Below are positions 25,401-37,617 of a stretch of DNA of 64,000 bases, one piece after another. The DNA comes from Diadema antillarum (lineage: Eukaryota): the NCBI RefSeq assembly GCF_040938485.1, contig NW_027271836.1, positions 2,170,001 through 2,234,000 on the forward strand, given 5' to 3'. The notes under the pieces are model-generated. The model had not been told where the DNA came from. It saw only the letters and a program-made list of their open reading frames with translations, and did no database searches. Numbering within the stretch: position 1 is the first letter of the stretch; the number at the start of each line of letters is the position of its first letter. The position numbers and the translations under genes are program-made.

Positions 25401-28400
25401 GCAGATGCCTCAAATCCTGATATCTCACCAAATGCACCACTTCACTGTTGCATACACGTATGTCAGGATCACAGTTTTTCTGTTGGATCATGTGGGTAAT
25501 GAAAATAGCATTTTTTTTTTTTTGACAGGTATCTTATGGAACGGTCCACGATGTCAGATCAAGTTGAGCCACGAATCGCCACAAAGACCCTTCAATCTGC
25601 TCTTGGCTGGCAGTATGAAGTAACCTCTCCACACAAGGCTACTGCCCAGGTAAGGATCAGCCAGGGATGTATCAGATATTACCTTGGAAGACCAGATGCA
25701 GCTTAATTGATTGTGTATACTTGATTTTACCTTTCATACAATCAGAAGCAATGGACAATGATAGTGGGAGATGTTAAGTGATATGCCATATTTATGGCCA
25801 GTTGAGCATTCATATTGAATTCAATTTCCATTTGATATGTGCTGGTCTTCTCAGTTGTACCATTTGTCTCTACATTGGATTGCTTATCAAAGTTTAAGTT
25901 TGTTGATATTTTGCTCATTTCCAAGAGTAAAGCGGGTGAGGGAATTTCTTAATTTTTCTTCATAGGCATGCTCTATTCAGTTTTTGAGCCAGTTCTTTCT
26001 GGAAAAGAAAAAAAATCAATTCAGTTTGTCATCATGCAGAGCTGAAGCCCCTTTTGACTTCCTGCCTCCATCATGACAATTTTTAGCACTGCCCTCTTTT
26101 GGAGGGAGAGAGGAGGGATAGAATGTTTGAAAACAGGTAGCATGTACTGATATACATATGACTTATTGAGCTATACATCTCGGCATTTAGTGTATATAGT
26201 GACAAACATAGATATTTGTAGCAGTATACCAGCATATAAGCTAGGAGCAGTGTTTGTTGAGCCATTTGGTTTTTTTTTTTTCGATTTTTGTAATTTGTAA
26301 GCAAAATATTTAGATAAATGACTGTAAGTTTATCTTCTCCATTTTCTGTATAGACAATATACCAAAACACTGGTCAGCGTAGGCCGACTGGTACTATGGC
26401 CCCATCTGCAGCATCCAATGAATGTGACTACTGCAGCATCTGCTATGAGGAGCTGAGTGAGATGTGTCCTGGCACCGCTCTGACTGCCTGCAGCCATTGG
26501 TTTTGTGACCAGTGCTGGAGCAGTCACATGATGTCAAGGGTGGAGCAGGGAGACCTCAACATCACCTGTCCAGTAAGTTTGTCACAAAGGGATCATTTAA
26601 CATGAAGCATTGTAGACTCAATCAGACTAGAGAGGAAGATAGTAGAGGAAATAAAAAAAGGAGAAAGCAGAAGAAAAATAAGATAAGAAGAAAAGGAAAT
26701 CAGAGCAAGAAATAGACTATCTGAGCAGACAAATACACAAGATTTCATGCTGTATGTCAGAACACATTTGTCAAAACCATTCTTTTATTTTTACTCCTGT
26801 TGCCAGGGTTACCAGTGCACCAGTCTTGTGGATGAGGTTACCTTGATGTCGTTCCTCCCAGCCACATTCTTCGCTCGTCACCGGAATAGCAAGGTGAATA
26901 CTGCCCTCATGCTGCATCCAGAGCTCAGGTGGTGCCCGAGTCCATCGTGCGGTCGTCTGCTCAAACTGTCCAGTCATAGGACGGATGTTGGTAATGGGGT
27001 TGGGATCCCTGTCAACTGCAGTTGTGGTACATTCTGGTGCTCCGAGTGCAAAGAAGAAGCCCATTGGCCGGCTTCTTGCCAGCAGGCAGAGGCATACCGC
27101 AAAGAGGCAAAAACTTTGCTCAGTAAGTGCCTAGTGACATCTCTATCTTGATTTCAATATTTCAATAGCAATAAAATTTTTGTGCAATAATGGCAAATTC
27201 TTAGACATGAATGATCTCTTCTGTTTTTTACTCAGTTCAGTATTGTGCAGGTAGAACGTGTATTCTTTACTTTCAAAGTTTTGTAGTCTGACTCTTGGCT
27301 TTGCTATCTTATTTGGTGTATTCATATATGATGTATTTCTGATGAATCCATTCTACAAACTTGTATCTTTTATTCTCAACTCATTTGAGCAATCATGTTT
27401 TAGATGAGTAGTGACATGCAATACATTAATTGTTCAGTTTCCTCATCATCAATTCAAAATAAAAATGTAAGAATGAAAAGAAATGTCAAAAGCTGATGTT
27501 CACAAAAATAGACCAATACAAATGTCTTGGCATGCATTTTTATCATGATTACTGTATACGCCGAATATTTCACGAGGTTTTTATTTTCGTGAATTTCGCG
27601 AGTCGGGTGCTATTCGCGAAATTAAAGACACGCGAAAATATTGACTCTGAACCCGATGTGAATATGACGTATGCCTGTACATTTCTCCATTCAGTACAGG
27701 ACTCCACCATCGCGAATTTAACCGCTCTGGAAATTGTCGGGAATTCCTGATTCGCGAAAATTTAGACTCGTGAAATATATGGTGTATACAGTATTTGTTT
27801 GGGAAGCATATTAGGGTACAGAGTAGTCACTCAATTGTGGAAAACATTTGTTCCAAAAAGCGATTTTTTTTTTTCCTTTATAATTGGTGAACTTGCCTTG
27901 CACATTGTTTTGTTGAATAATGTCTTCTGCCTGGTGATCAGGAGAGTGAAACCCAATTGTTTGTGTTACTTTTTAAAATGATATCCTCATGTCATACCTT
28001 AGCTTCAGTGACAGAAAGTGGTTGTGAAAGAATGAGTGTATTCTTCAATAACATACGTTGATGCAGTGGGTTGTGGAAATATTGAAAAAATTTTGACCCC
28101 TCCCTTTTTTAGAGCTTCAAAGCACTCGTGACCGTCCTTTTCGAGTACCAACCAAGAGGTGTCCCCGATGCCACTATCCCATTGAGAAGTCGTATGGCTG
28201 TAACCACATGGTGTGCAAGTGCGGACATGAATTCTGCTGGGAATGCGGCCAAAACTGGGAAAACGGTCATTTCTACTATCGCTGCAAGAATGAGGGAAGG
28301 TGGAAATACCAGGTAAGTTGCCGTCGGATGAGATGCAAGTGTGGTATCATCCTTGAATTTAAACGCATGCTTGTTCGGACTCGTTGGTATGTTACTGCAT

Positions 28401-31400
28401 GTTTTTAAGCTGAATTTGAGACAATCTAGTAGATTCCTGGCTAATTTCCTAAAGTCCTGACACTCATATTTATTTCTAATCAACATCATTTTTTTGTCTA
28501 CCTTCCTTGGACTTTTTAATCATCCTTGGTGCAGTTCTTGTCTTTCTGGAAAATATTACAGAAAACATGAAAAAAGAAAGAAACCTGGGAGGTCAGAGTT
28601 AATGTATGTCTCTGCTGACCCTTCTAAACCTATCAGTTTTTAACTCTGAATACTTTCTTGATCGTCACAAACCTGTATAATTAATCTTAAAGATGTGGTT
28701 AGCATGATGTGTGTTATTTTTTGTTGATTCAAGATTACAGACCATGCTGGTTTCCAGTTCTTCCCGCATAGATGAAGAACAAGACAAACCGCAAATTAAT
28801 TATTATTATTTTTTTTCCATCAAGTGAATATTAGAAATTGATCACAGTAGGCCTTGTTGTTCAGATTTGGCTAATCGAGACTCTTACAGTGTCGCTGAAG
28901 GTTTTTTTTTCCTTCTACTATCTCCTTAATCTTTGATGGTAATCACTCAGTGTGTGTTATAATTTGTCATCAACCATTAGATGTACACCATAGAGCCTGT
29001 GGAGAAGGTAGAGAAGAGTGCACTGGAGCTGGCTGTCATGCATCACAGAAACACTACCTCCGTGGCCTGCCACCGCAGAATGCGGAAAGCCACAAAGTTG
29101 GCATCGCGAATGGTAAGGTCACGTTTTGTATAGCTGCAACCAATTTCAACAACTTTCAGTGTTAATCATTGAGTGAGAATGTATGCACGGGAATGTCAAG
29201 AAAATATGATATGTATCGCAAGCATTATACTATTTGATGGATGATACAAATTTGTGGATGGTTAACTCAAAGATCAAAAACAGCAGCGATATAAGGGTGG
29301 AACAAATATTTTCTCCAATCAAAGGGGTATTGTTTGCAATGTCATACTGTGGAGACACTGTTCACTGCATTAACTTTATTAAAACAATATTTTCATCTAT
29401 TGTTTATTTCAAAGGTATCAGTTCACTTGCAAAATTCACAAAAATAAACCACCACAAGACTTATGGCACATACATACATGATGGAACTTGATGAATATAT
29501 AAACTGATATGTCAAGATGTAGTTAAAGGGGTGGCATTTAGAATTCAGGAAGGGAACAATATTTTTTAAACATTGTTGCACATGAATGAGAAAGTTGATT
29601 GTTATCAAACATTGATAAAGGTATTTCTGTTTTAGATACATGTGCAAACAAAACACTGGAGTGGAAATATACTTGCATATTAATACAGCTGCTTTAGGTA
29701 TTACAAATTTGTTGTTTTTATCCTTCAGATCTCATGGCAAAGGTGGCACATAATTCAATTACATTTTATTTTCAATTTGCTTCTACATGCAGACGCATGA
29801 TGGTGAAAATGGCCATAAATTTGGTGATGCAACTTCATTGCTGTAATGAATTTTGAAACTGTGATGATAGAATATCATATCATGACATTACTTTTATTCC
29901 TTTCTCCCACCCACCCCTTATTCCAGAAGGATCACACCAATACTGGATCAAAGTCTGATTCTGGTAGAAATCTTTCTCACTCTTCCCCATCTGCTGCCAT
30001 GGCAACCAGTGAGATAAACCCTTTGTCATATCATCATGAAATTAAGGGAATCTTCAGAAGCACTGCCACCTTCATTTCAGAGGTAAATGAACTGATATTC
30101 ATTGGGGTTTGATTGTGTAATACTCTGTAGATACATTGTTGATTTATAATTGATTATCATTTATAATATGCTATTCTACACAGAAAGTCCTAGAAAGTCT
30201 GTCTTGTATCATGAATGGAAATAACTGTGCTGGGTGACATATTCTAATGTTTTGGGTGAAAATTACAGTGAAGGCATTGAATATCAATTTGGATAACTGA
30301 AGGATACATGTGGTATGAACAAGCAGTTACAGTGATATTTAACCAAAGAAGCAAATGTCCTCACCGTTATTGTCATCACGATTCAGGAAAGAGTGATGTT
30401 AATTCATTTTGAATCACAACTTTGTCTTATCACGACTTGGTCTATGCCATGAAGACATGGAAACCTACAGCTGTGATTTTGCTTTTTACAGTGAATACAG
30501 TAATTCATGATTATCATAATGTCATGATGTTTCTATTGAAAAGCAAGCAAGCAAACAACAAAGTTAAGTTAAGTGTTCAGGGATTGAAACTGTAATCTGC
30601 TCTTCAGGTGAGATATGAAAAGACATCTTATCCCCATTTCCATTTTTGATTGCCTTTCATTATGCAGGCGGAGTTTGTTCTTCAGCACCTAGAGATCTTC
30701 CTCTCGAATGCCCCACCCGGCAACCAGAAGAGAGTCCTTTCTGAACACAGGGCCAGACTCATCTTTATATTAGATGTCCTTCATAAGGTAGGATTATAGT
30801 TTAATCACAAGCTGTCATGAAACAACACTTATCTAAGAGCTTTTGACTGTTGTTCTTTGAATGTTGACCGAAATGTGTTTTGGGAAATATCTGTATAAGT
30901 TCCTTGCTGAAAACTTTACAGTCTTCAAGTAAGATGTAATGCTATTTTCTGAAGATTTTGAAATTATAATTTGCGGGGTATTGACCATGAAAGCAGTCTT
31001 AGCAGTTTAGATGCATATATCACTTATGTTGACGATATGATTGATCTATTGATCCCTCTTATATACTTGTTACATGATTTAATCTGTGGTCAAATGATTC
31101 AGCATCAAAACAGTTTTCTGTGCGTAAACTCCTACTTCAGACTTTACAAGGGGCTCTATGTACAGAATTAGGAAGGTTTACTTTTAGTCCCTGGCTTGCT
31201 TTACAAATTGCAGATAGTCAATAGCATAATACATAATGCATCCAAAAACGTGAATGATAGAGTATATGTGGCAGGTCAGTTTAGAGTGGAGTTTTTTTAT
31301 GAAGCAGCACTTTAGTGTCCTATTGTTTCTCCATTCTTCCATTCAGATTATAAACAAAGCTGCCAAACGAGACATCCACAAGATCCAGCACCTGTTGCAT

Positions 31401-31487
31401 TGTGGGAAAAGTAGTCTGAAGTGGATCGCCCTGGCTGCAACGCGCCTCTCAGGCACCATGGCTTCAACAGCTGCCAAGGAAGAGTGA
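22487..31487 (+). CDS. Ariadne-like RBR E3 ubiquitin ligase, paralogue A (972 aa). Exons 22487-22685, 23126-23548, 23982-24873, 25529-25649, 26354-26572, 26807-27122, 28113-28312, 28981-29112, 29927-30082, 30668-30787, 31347-31487
   Basis: All junctions are GT-AG and in frame (2919 nt). RING1 [23 protein letters not shown]; [32 protein letters not shown]; RING2 [33 protein letters not shown]. The helical C-terminus is patterned like the Ariadne domain. Confidence 0.92.
27552..27791. mobile_element. Tc1/mariner-type MITE in intron 6 of paralogue A
   Basis: TA TSD; imperfect TIR ctgtatacgccgaatatttcacgag / ctcgtgaaatatatggtgtatacag. Confidence 0.8.
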
Positions 31488-31653
31488 ATGCTGGCATAGA
31501 CAATACTGACTGGCTAGCATAATGTATTTGACTGAATAGTGTGTACTGGATTTATGTGCAAACATGGACATGTTTTTGCAAGTTTTGCTTCAGTCCTTTT
31601 TCTTGCTATATCGATGAGAGTTTGTCAGTGTAAACAACTGCTGCAATATATCA

Positions 31654-31655
<2 letters not shown>

Positions 31656-31705
<50 letters not shown>
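31656..31705 (+). repeat. (TG)n microsatellite in the 3' flank of paralogue A
   Basis: Direct inspection. Confidence 0.9.
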
Positions 31706-31706
<1 letters not shown>

Positions 31707-32630
31707 TTGAGTGTCTTTCAGAATCTTTCACAAAAATGTCTTTCAAAATCCCCAGGTGAAATACTGTGAGTACTTTATTTGGAATAAATATCTCACACCT
31801 AGTGAATGCTGTTGAAATTATTTGCAGTCATAGATTTCTCTAGGAAGGCTGTTGAAGAGATAGAATCTACAAATGTGATGAGACGGTCTTGATTGCAATA
31901 TTTTCTTTTGTGAAGCAAAGTGCTCTTAGAACATTCGTGCCTTACCCTTGTCAAATTGAAGAAGTCTAATGAAATTGGATATGAAGAAATATTCAGTATA
32001 TAAGTGACTGCCCAACTCAAAACCCACAAAAAAGTCATTGATTAGGATTATTTGTAATGGGCCAAGATATGTCATTTTGATTGGCCAACTCAATTGTTCT
32101 AAGTTTGTCTTACCTGAGAGAATACTGTTTTTTCTACCTAATATCAAAATTAGATGGCATAAAACCAAACCAAAATCAAGAAATTAACAGTTTTACTGGA
32201 ACTTTTTTTTCTGCCAGGAAATTGATACTTCTTCACAACATTCCAGAGTGACCCTAAGCTTTAAATCATCATTTCTTCCTTTTTTGTTAAACTGCTCCTC
32301 CTAACTCTCTCGTATTTCAATCATTTTTTTTTTTTGAGTGGGCTTGATTGGTCAAATTTTAACAAGTTATATTTATTCTAAAGCAAAGAGCCTTCTCTTT
32401 GAAACTATGTAGAAAAGCGGACATTCATTTTGGCCTATTGTGGTTTTTTTTTTTATTGGTGGGTTTTGAGCTGAGTAGTCTGCTTTAATATGCACATGTC
32501 TTTGGAGGAAACACAGAAATATATCTTCCCTTCTATTTCCCTGATGTTTATTTGACTGCACACAATCATGGCATTTTGCACTTGTGTAAAGTTATCATTA
32601 TGTTATGTTACAATATATTTAGTGTCTTAA

Positions 32631-32714
32631 CCCATTGAGGATGGTTTGATTTGCTACAAAATGCATTTCCCACAGACACCTGCTCGAGTATACTTGGGAC
32701 TCGTCCTCAACGGG
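32631..32714. mobile_element. 84-bp piggyBac-like MITE
   Basis: TTAA on both sides; TIR cccattgagga / tcctcaacggg. Confidence 0.75.
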
Positions 32715-33637
32715 TTAAAGTGAAAATGTCGAATAAATGGAAGCATTAAAAAAAGTACAATGAGAGGGATATGGTGGCTATTCATTTGAACATTCCGCTG
32801 TAACTTCAAGCATTTTTTAGGTTGCCTCTCTGAGCAGTAAGAGCTACTGTAAGTTATTGTCACATTTTTTTTTTTCTAATACTAGTTTTCTCTGTGATTA
32901 TGGATGCTCCTTTTATATTCTGGATTCATAGAGGAATGAAAAAACAGAATGAGTCACCAATAAATTTGGAATGCATTTTCCAGTAGCAAGAAAGAAGCAT
33001 TTACATACAGTTATGTTCAGAATTCTTATAGATAAAGGGCAGGACAGTTGTCAAATATTTGTACAAACCTTTGAAATCTGTGCAATATCTATGCCTTGAT
33101 GTCTTTGTACACTTGGCCCCATAGATGATTGTATTTGGATTTACTTTGTAATGTACCATGAAATTTCAAGCTCAGTAGTTTGCAGTGATAATTGCTGATG
33201 AATTATTCTGATCAGGGGAACAACTAATTTTGTCCCCATCGTGCCAATTATACATTGCATTTGTGCAATTGTATTATGTGACTGCCTACCCACTGAAATG
33301 TACTCATGTGGAAATATGTATATTGGTGAAATATAAAAGCTGAAGATATGAATTGGGAAATATACAGTGAAATCCATGAATGATTCTTTTGCATTCCTAC
33401 TTTGGAATTGGAATTTCCTGTGATTTTTTATGTGCATGCATGTGGCATTCTTTTTGTGTGTGTAAGCATGGGACATGAAGTGTGTGAAGGGTTCTATATT
33501 CTAATGTACTATTTTATGTATGAGTGTGTGTTCCTGTGAGTATGGATGTGTATATTACTGTAATAAATAAATAGCAGATAGGAGACAGATTTAGATAAGA
33601 GAGAGTTATATCCATAATACTTTCATCTATCTATCTA

Positions 33638-33832
33638 CTGTACGAGCTGAAATTTTTGCGTACAGATATTTTGGCAAATTGCTACTTGGAGGACATTTTC
33701 GTGTGTTGTTAATTTCGCGATTGCGAGGGTCTAACTGAACTTGGTTATTCACGCGTCGTTATTTTCGCGGTTCAAAGGCGATACGTGAAATTCGTGAAAA
33801 TAAAACCACCACAAAAATTTCAGCTCGTACAG
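33638..33832. mobile_element. Tc1/mariner-type MITE
   Basis: Perfect 21-bp TIR ctgtacgagctgaaatttttg; TA TSD. Confidence 0.85.
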
Positions 33833-33939
33833 TATCTATTTATCTCATCTACGATATATCATATCTATCTGTTTGTCTACCTATCTGTCTATATATCTCT
33901 CTAGCTGTGTATCTACATGATTATATATATATATTGACA

Positions 33940-34265
33940 GCAAAGCTTGCACAGAGACGTAGCCGATGTTGGGTAGCACCCTTTTAATTAAGCTTTCGGG
34001 CGAATTGCCCTTCTTCAGAATCTACAATGACAATAACAACATATAAACAAAATCAACCTCGGTGTAAATTCATACTGAACTTAACTAACCTTCAATATTA
34101 TACATTCAAAAATATACTAAACATAACAATAAATACAAAACATACAAACAAACATAGTATTAATAAATACAATCACAGAACAAAAAAACTTACTGTATTA
34201 CTGCTGAGTGCGGTCTTGTGATGTTGTTTGTGTAAAGATTGTGGCCGGGTGTATCTTATATGTGT
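33940..34265 (-). mobile_element. Probable Penelope-like retroelement pLTR remnant
   Basis: On the minus strand: a TATA-like tataaga, a T-rich stretch, then a hammerhead-like core and an aattaaa/short 3' tail. Absent from the homologous B-C spacer. Family assignment is inference from the hammerhead motif. Confidence 0.5.
33986..34022 (-). ncRNA. Candidate minimal type-I hammerhead ribozyme (Penelope-type variant)
   Basis: Minus strand reads GAUU CUGAAGA A GGGC AAUUC GCCC GAAA GCU U AAUU: core CUGANGA and GAAA, 4-bp stem II, palindromic AGCU in place of stem III, and a 4-bp stem I including one G-U pair. Confidence 0.5.
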
Positions 34266-34282
34266 ATGTGTGTGTATAATTC

Positions 34283-34285
<3 letters not shown>

Positions 34286-34334
<49 letters not shown>

Positions 34335-34402
34335 TATATATAATTTATGTAATCATATTCACATATTGTGTGTATATGTTTACATGTGTATGATGTAATA
34401 CA

Positions 34403-34450
<48 letters not shown>
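34286..34450 (+). repeat. Interrupted (TA)n microsatellites
   Basis: Direct inspection. Confidence 0.85.
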
Positions 34451-35376
34451 GGCTATTTGCAGAAAGGCAATTATTTCTAAAATGATTTTCAAAATATGCT
34501 GCATATAGTGTAGTGTGCATCTGGTTATGATATAAACTCAGTTTTTATCATCCATCACCTTGTCATCCCAAATATATTATTGTCGTTGGCAGCCCCAAGA
34601 AAAGGTAGATTATAATGCAAACAAGGAGATTATGACAGTCATCAAAAGGTCAATCGAATAATCAACTTTGCTTTGGAATTTGTAGTGAAACAAAGTATAG
34701 AAATTTAGAATAGAAATCTAGTGAAGAATTTATCTGCGCCATTTCTTAAAATCTCAGGACTTTTTTTCTTACGAATTGTACATATTTATATTAACCCACA
34801 GGTATAAACGATGACAAAATGCATTGTTCCTCTTTTCATCTGTACAGTTTGATTTTGCCTGTAATCCATGCAATTCTTTTATATTTAATGCTTAGATTGA
34901 CATGAATACATGCACATATCTCTGGCATCTGGCAATTAATTCTTATGTGTTATCAATTTTAAAGCAATGGAATGTAATAAAAAACAATGAAATCATGGGC
35001 ATGATAGTGACAGATATGATGAAGAAACAGTTCTGTTAGAAAGATAAATCGATGGACACAATGACACTGATAGTAATAATCATGAAACAGGACTCAAGAT
35101 AATAATGATTATGATACAATACTGTAATGACAATGACAATGAAGTTGTGTAAACGATACATTTCGATTCCCTTGGTTAGGAAGTGGTAAGAAGGTGACGA
35201 AGCAGAAGAAGAATGAGAAGAAAAGAGGGATGGTGATGATGATGATGACGATTATAATGTTTATGATGATCAAATTCAAAATTGGGATGGAATACTAAAT
35301 ATGAAAACATTTCATTAGCCCCGATCGAAAGAGAACCAAATGCCTGTCACGGTAGGGGAAACAGACTACAATTTAA

Positions 35377-35935
35377 AGGACAAGTCCACCTTCATATACA
35401 TAAGGATTGAGAGAATGCAGCAATATTAGTAGAGCACATCAGTGAAAATTTGAGGAAAATTGGACAATCCGTTCAAAAGTTATGAATATTTTAAGAATTT
35501 GCGCAGTCACTGCTGGAAGAAAAGACTACTACAGTATATGATGTCACATGCGTACAACTATATAAGGAATATAAAAAGAGAATTTCACAAAACTTTACTT
35601 TTTGAATAAAGTGCACAGTTCTTCGACTTGCTACTGACGTATGTTAAGGGTAATATTATTCCCCCTGCCTTCTGAAAGAGAGAAGTTGAGTGTTCTTTTG
35701 TTATGGGAGAAAAATGGAAATATGTTGAATTTTCTTTATTCTTTCTTTATATCGTTGTACTCATGTGACATCACAAGCTATAGTAGTCTTTTCATCCAGC
35801 CTTGAATGAGCAGAAACTTCAAAAATTGATAACTTTTTAACTGATTGTCCGATTTTGCTCAAGCTCTCACTGTTGTGTTCTACTAATATTGCTGCATTCA
35901 CTCAACCCACATGTCTATGAAGGTGAACTTGTCCT
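35377..35935. mobile_element. 559-bp Kolobok-like MITE
   Basis: TTAA TSD at 35373-35376 and 35936-35939; 20-bp TIR aggacaagtccaccttcata with 1 mismatch. Confidence 0.85.
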
Positions 35936-36099
35936 TTAAGTAGTTAGGTTTTCTTGTAGAAGTGATACTGATGCAGTCCCTGCAGAAATATGCCCTTCAC
36001 TTGAAAATCTCGAAAAGAGCATTATCGCAATGATTCAAATATTTTTCATATCCATTCACCCTCACAATTCAAGTAATTCCTACCCATCTAACAATGAAC

Positions 36100-36541
36100 T
36101 CGTCCAAGTACTCGTGTTTTATTAGTCCAGACTCATGATTGATCGAATGGTCGAATGGTCGGGATTACGACCCACTAATGAGATTACGTAAACCACAGCT
36201 GCATTGGAAACAACCACTGAAATAACCTTTGATCCCCGCTTCTCTCGCTCTCTGGGCTGTCGATCGCCGTGGCGCAACACACATGCGGAGAGTCGGCCGG
36301 ACTCAAAGTGCAGCGGATGTCGTCACTGTGCCAAGATAGATTAAACTGTCAACAAAGTCTTGTGGTATTGCACAACAGCTAGAAAGGACACAATGTGAGC
36401 TCATATAAAGCATAAAATTGGCGAAGATGAAGCACAGTGTCGAGGTGAGCCTGTCCAGTGCCGAAAGGAGGAAGGTGGTGTCGGGGAAAGCGACCAGCAA
36501 GAGCAAGAATAAGCAATCGGCGCAAGAAGTAAAAGAAGCAG
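36100..36541 (+). promoter_or_regulatory. CpG-rich promoter and 5' leader exon of paralogue B (donor at 36541, acceptor to 37539)
   Basis: CpG-rich; donor G|GTAATT; homologous to 54100-54649 upstream of C (shared block aaactgtcaacaaagtcttgtggtattgcacaacagctag). Confidence 0.6.
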
Positions 36542-37617
36542 GTAATTTAACTCATTACTTCCAGATGTGGGTCTACTCCCTGCCTCCAGCCAGCCCGACC
36601 AGACGCCGTGCGAAGAGTCGCGACACTTGTGTACAGCGCGCGACAGGGCTGTGTGCGGTTATTTATATCGTGGTCTGACGTGGAGACTTTACCTCCATGG
36701 TTTGTAAACGGCTAGTGTACTAGTAAACTCAGATCCATGGTTTGCCACTGAAATCTTGAGAACTATATGTTTTCTCAATGAATGTGCAGTGCAACTACAA
36801 CGAACAACTAGCTAGCTCAGAATTAAAGCTTCTTGCATAAATTGCTGACCACTGCCCGAGGGCGAGGAATAAATTTACTTGCATGCCTTCTAAACAAGTT
36901 ACTAACAAATGTTAGATATATTTATAGGCCTAGGCCTAGACCTATAGCCTAGTTATATGTGTAGTGATTGCTATAATAGCCACAGTACACTGTCAGGTGA
37001 TAATCTCAGGAGCTGGGAAGTTGGCTAGTCACAGAATAGACTATGTCAATAGTCAAGATAGCTGTAACGTTACTCGTTAGCCTTGGGCTACTCAGTGTTT
37101 ATTGCCAAAGTGTGGTAGTTTGCTGACCTGAAAACATATCAATTTTCGTAGATTTAAATACAACTACAACTTACAATTCCTCTTTGATATTGTGCAATTG
37201 TACATAAAAATATAGTAACATCAACTGCACGATGACTGGAACACACAGTGTTCTGGTCACTGGTACAGCTGGTTGCAGCGTCCTGGGGTTAATCTAACAA
37301 CGTAGTAAACACCGCACCTCTTTGAATATTATAGGGTAGTAGATTATAAATGATTAAATTGCTTACTGCACTGTAGCTATCCTCTGAGAGTGAATTAAAG
37401 TATCATGACCAATCCCTGTAGTAGTATGGCCTATTAAAAAGTGTATTTCTAAGCTACATGTAGAACCCCCAAGTCCCTAACTTGAATCATCTACCTATGC
37501 AATGGTAGCCTACATGTTATATGCTTCCTTCTTTGCAGGTAACCCAGGTAACAAACGCACCAGTTGTCCAAGTCTTTTTAATCAACAAGTAAAGCGACCA
37601 AGAGAACCTAAAGAATC

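Noticed and set aside
28128-28316. Listed [14 protein letters not shown]...
   Set aside because: Wrong frame; the real exon 7 frame encodes RING2 ([21 protein letters not shown]).
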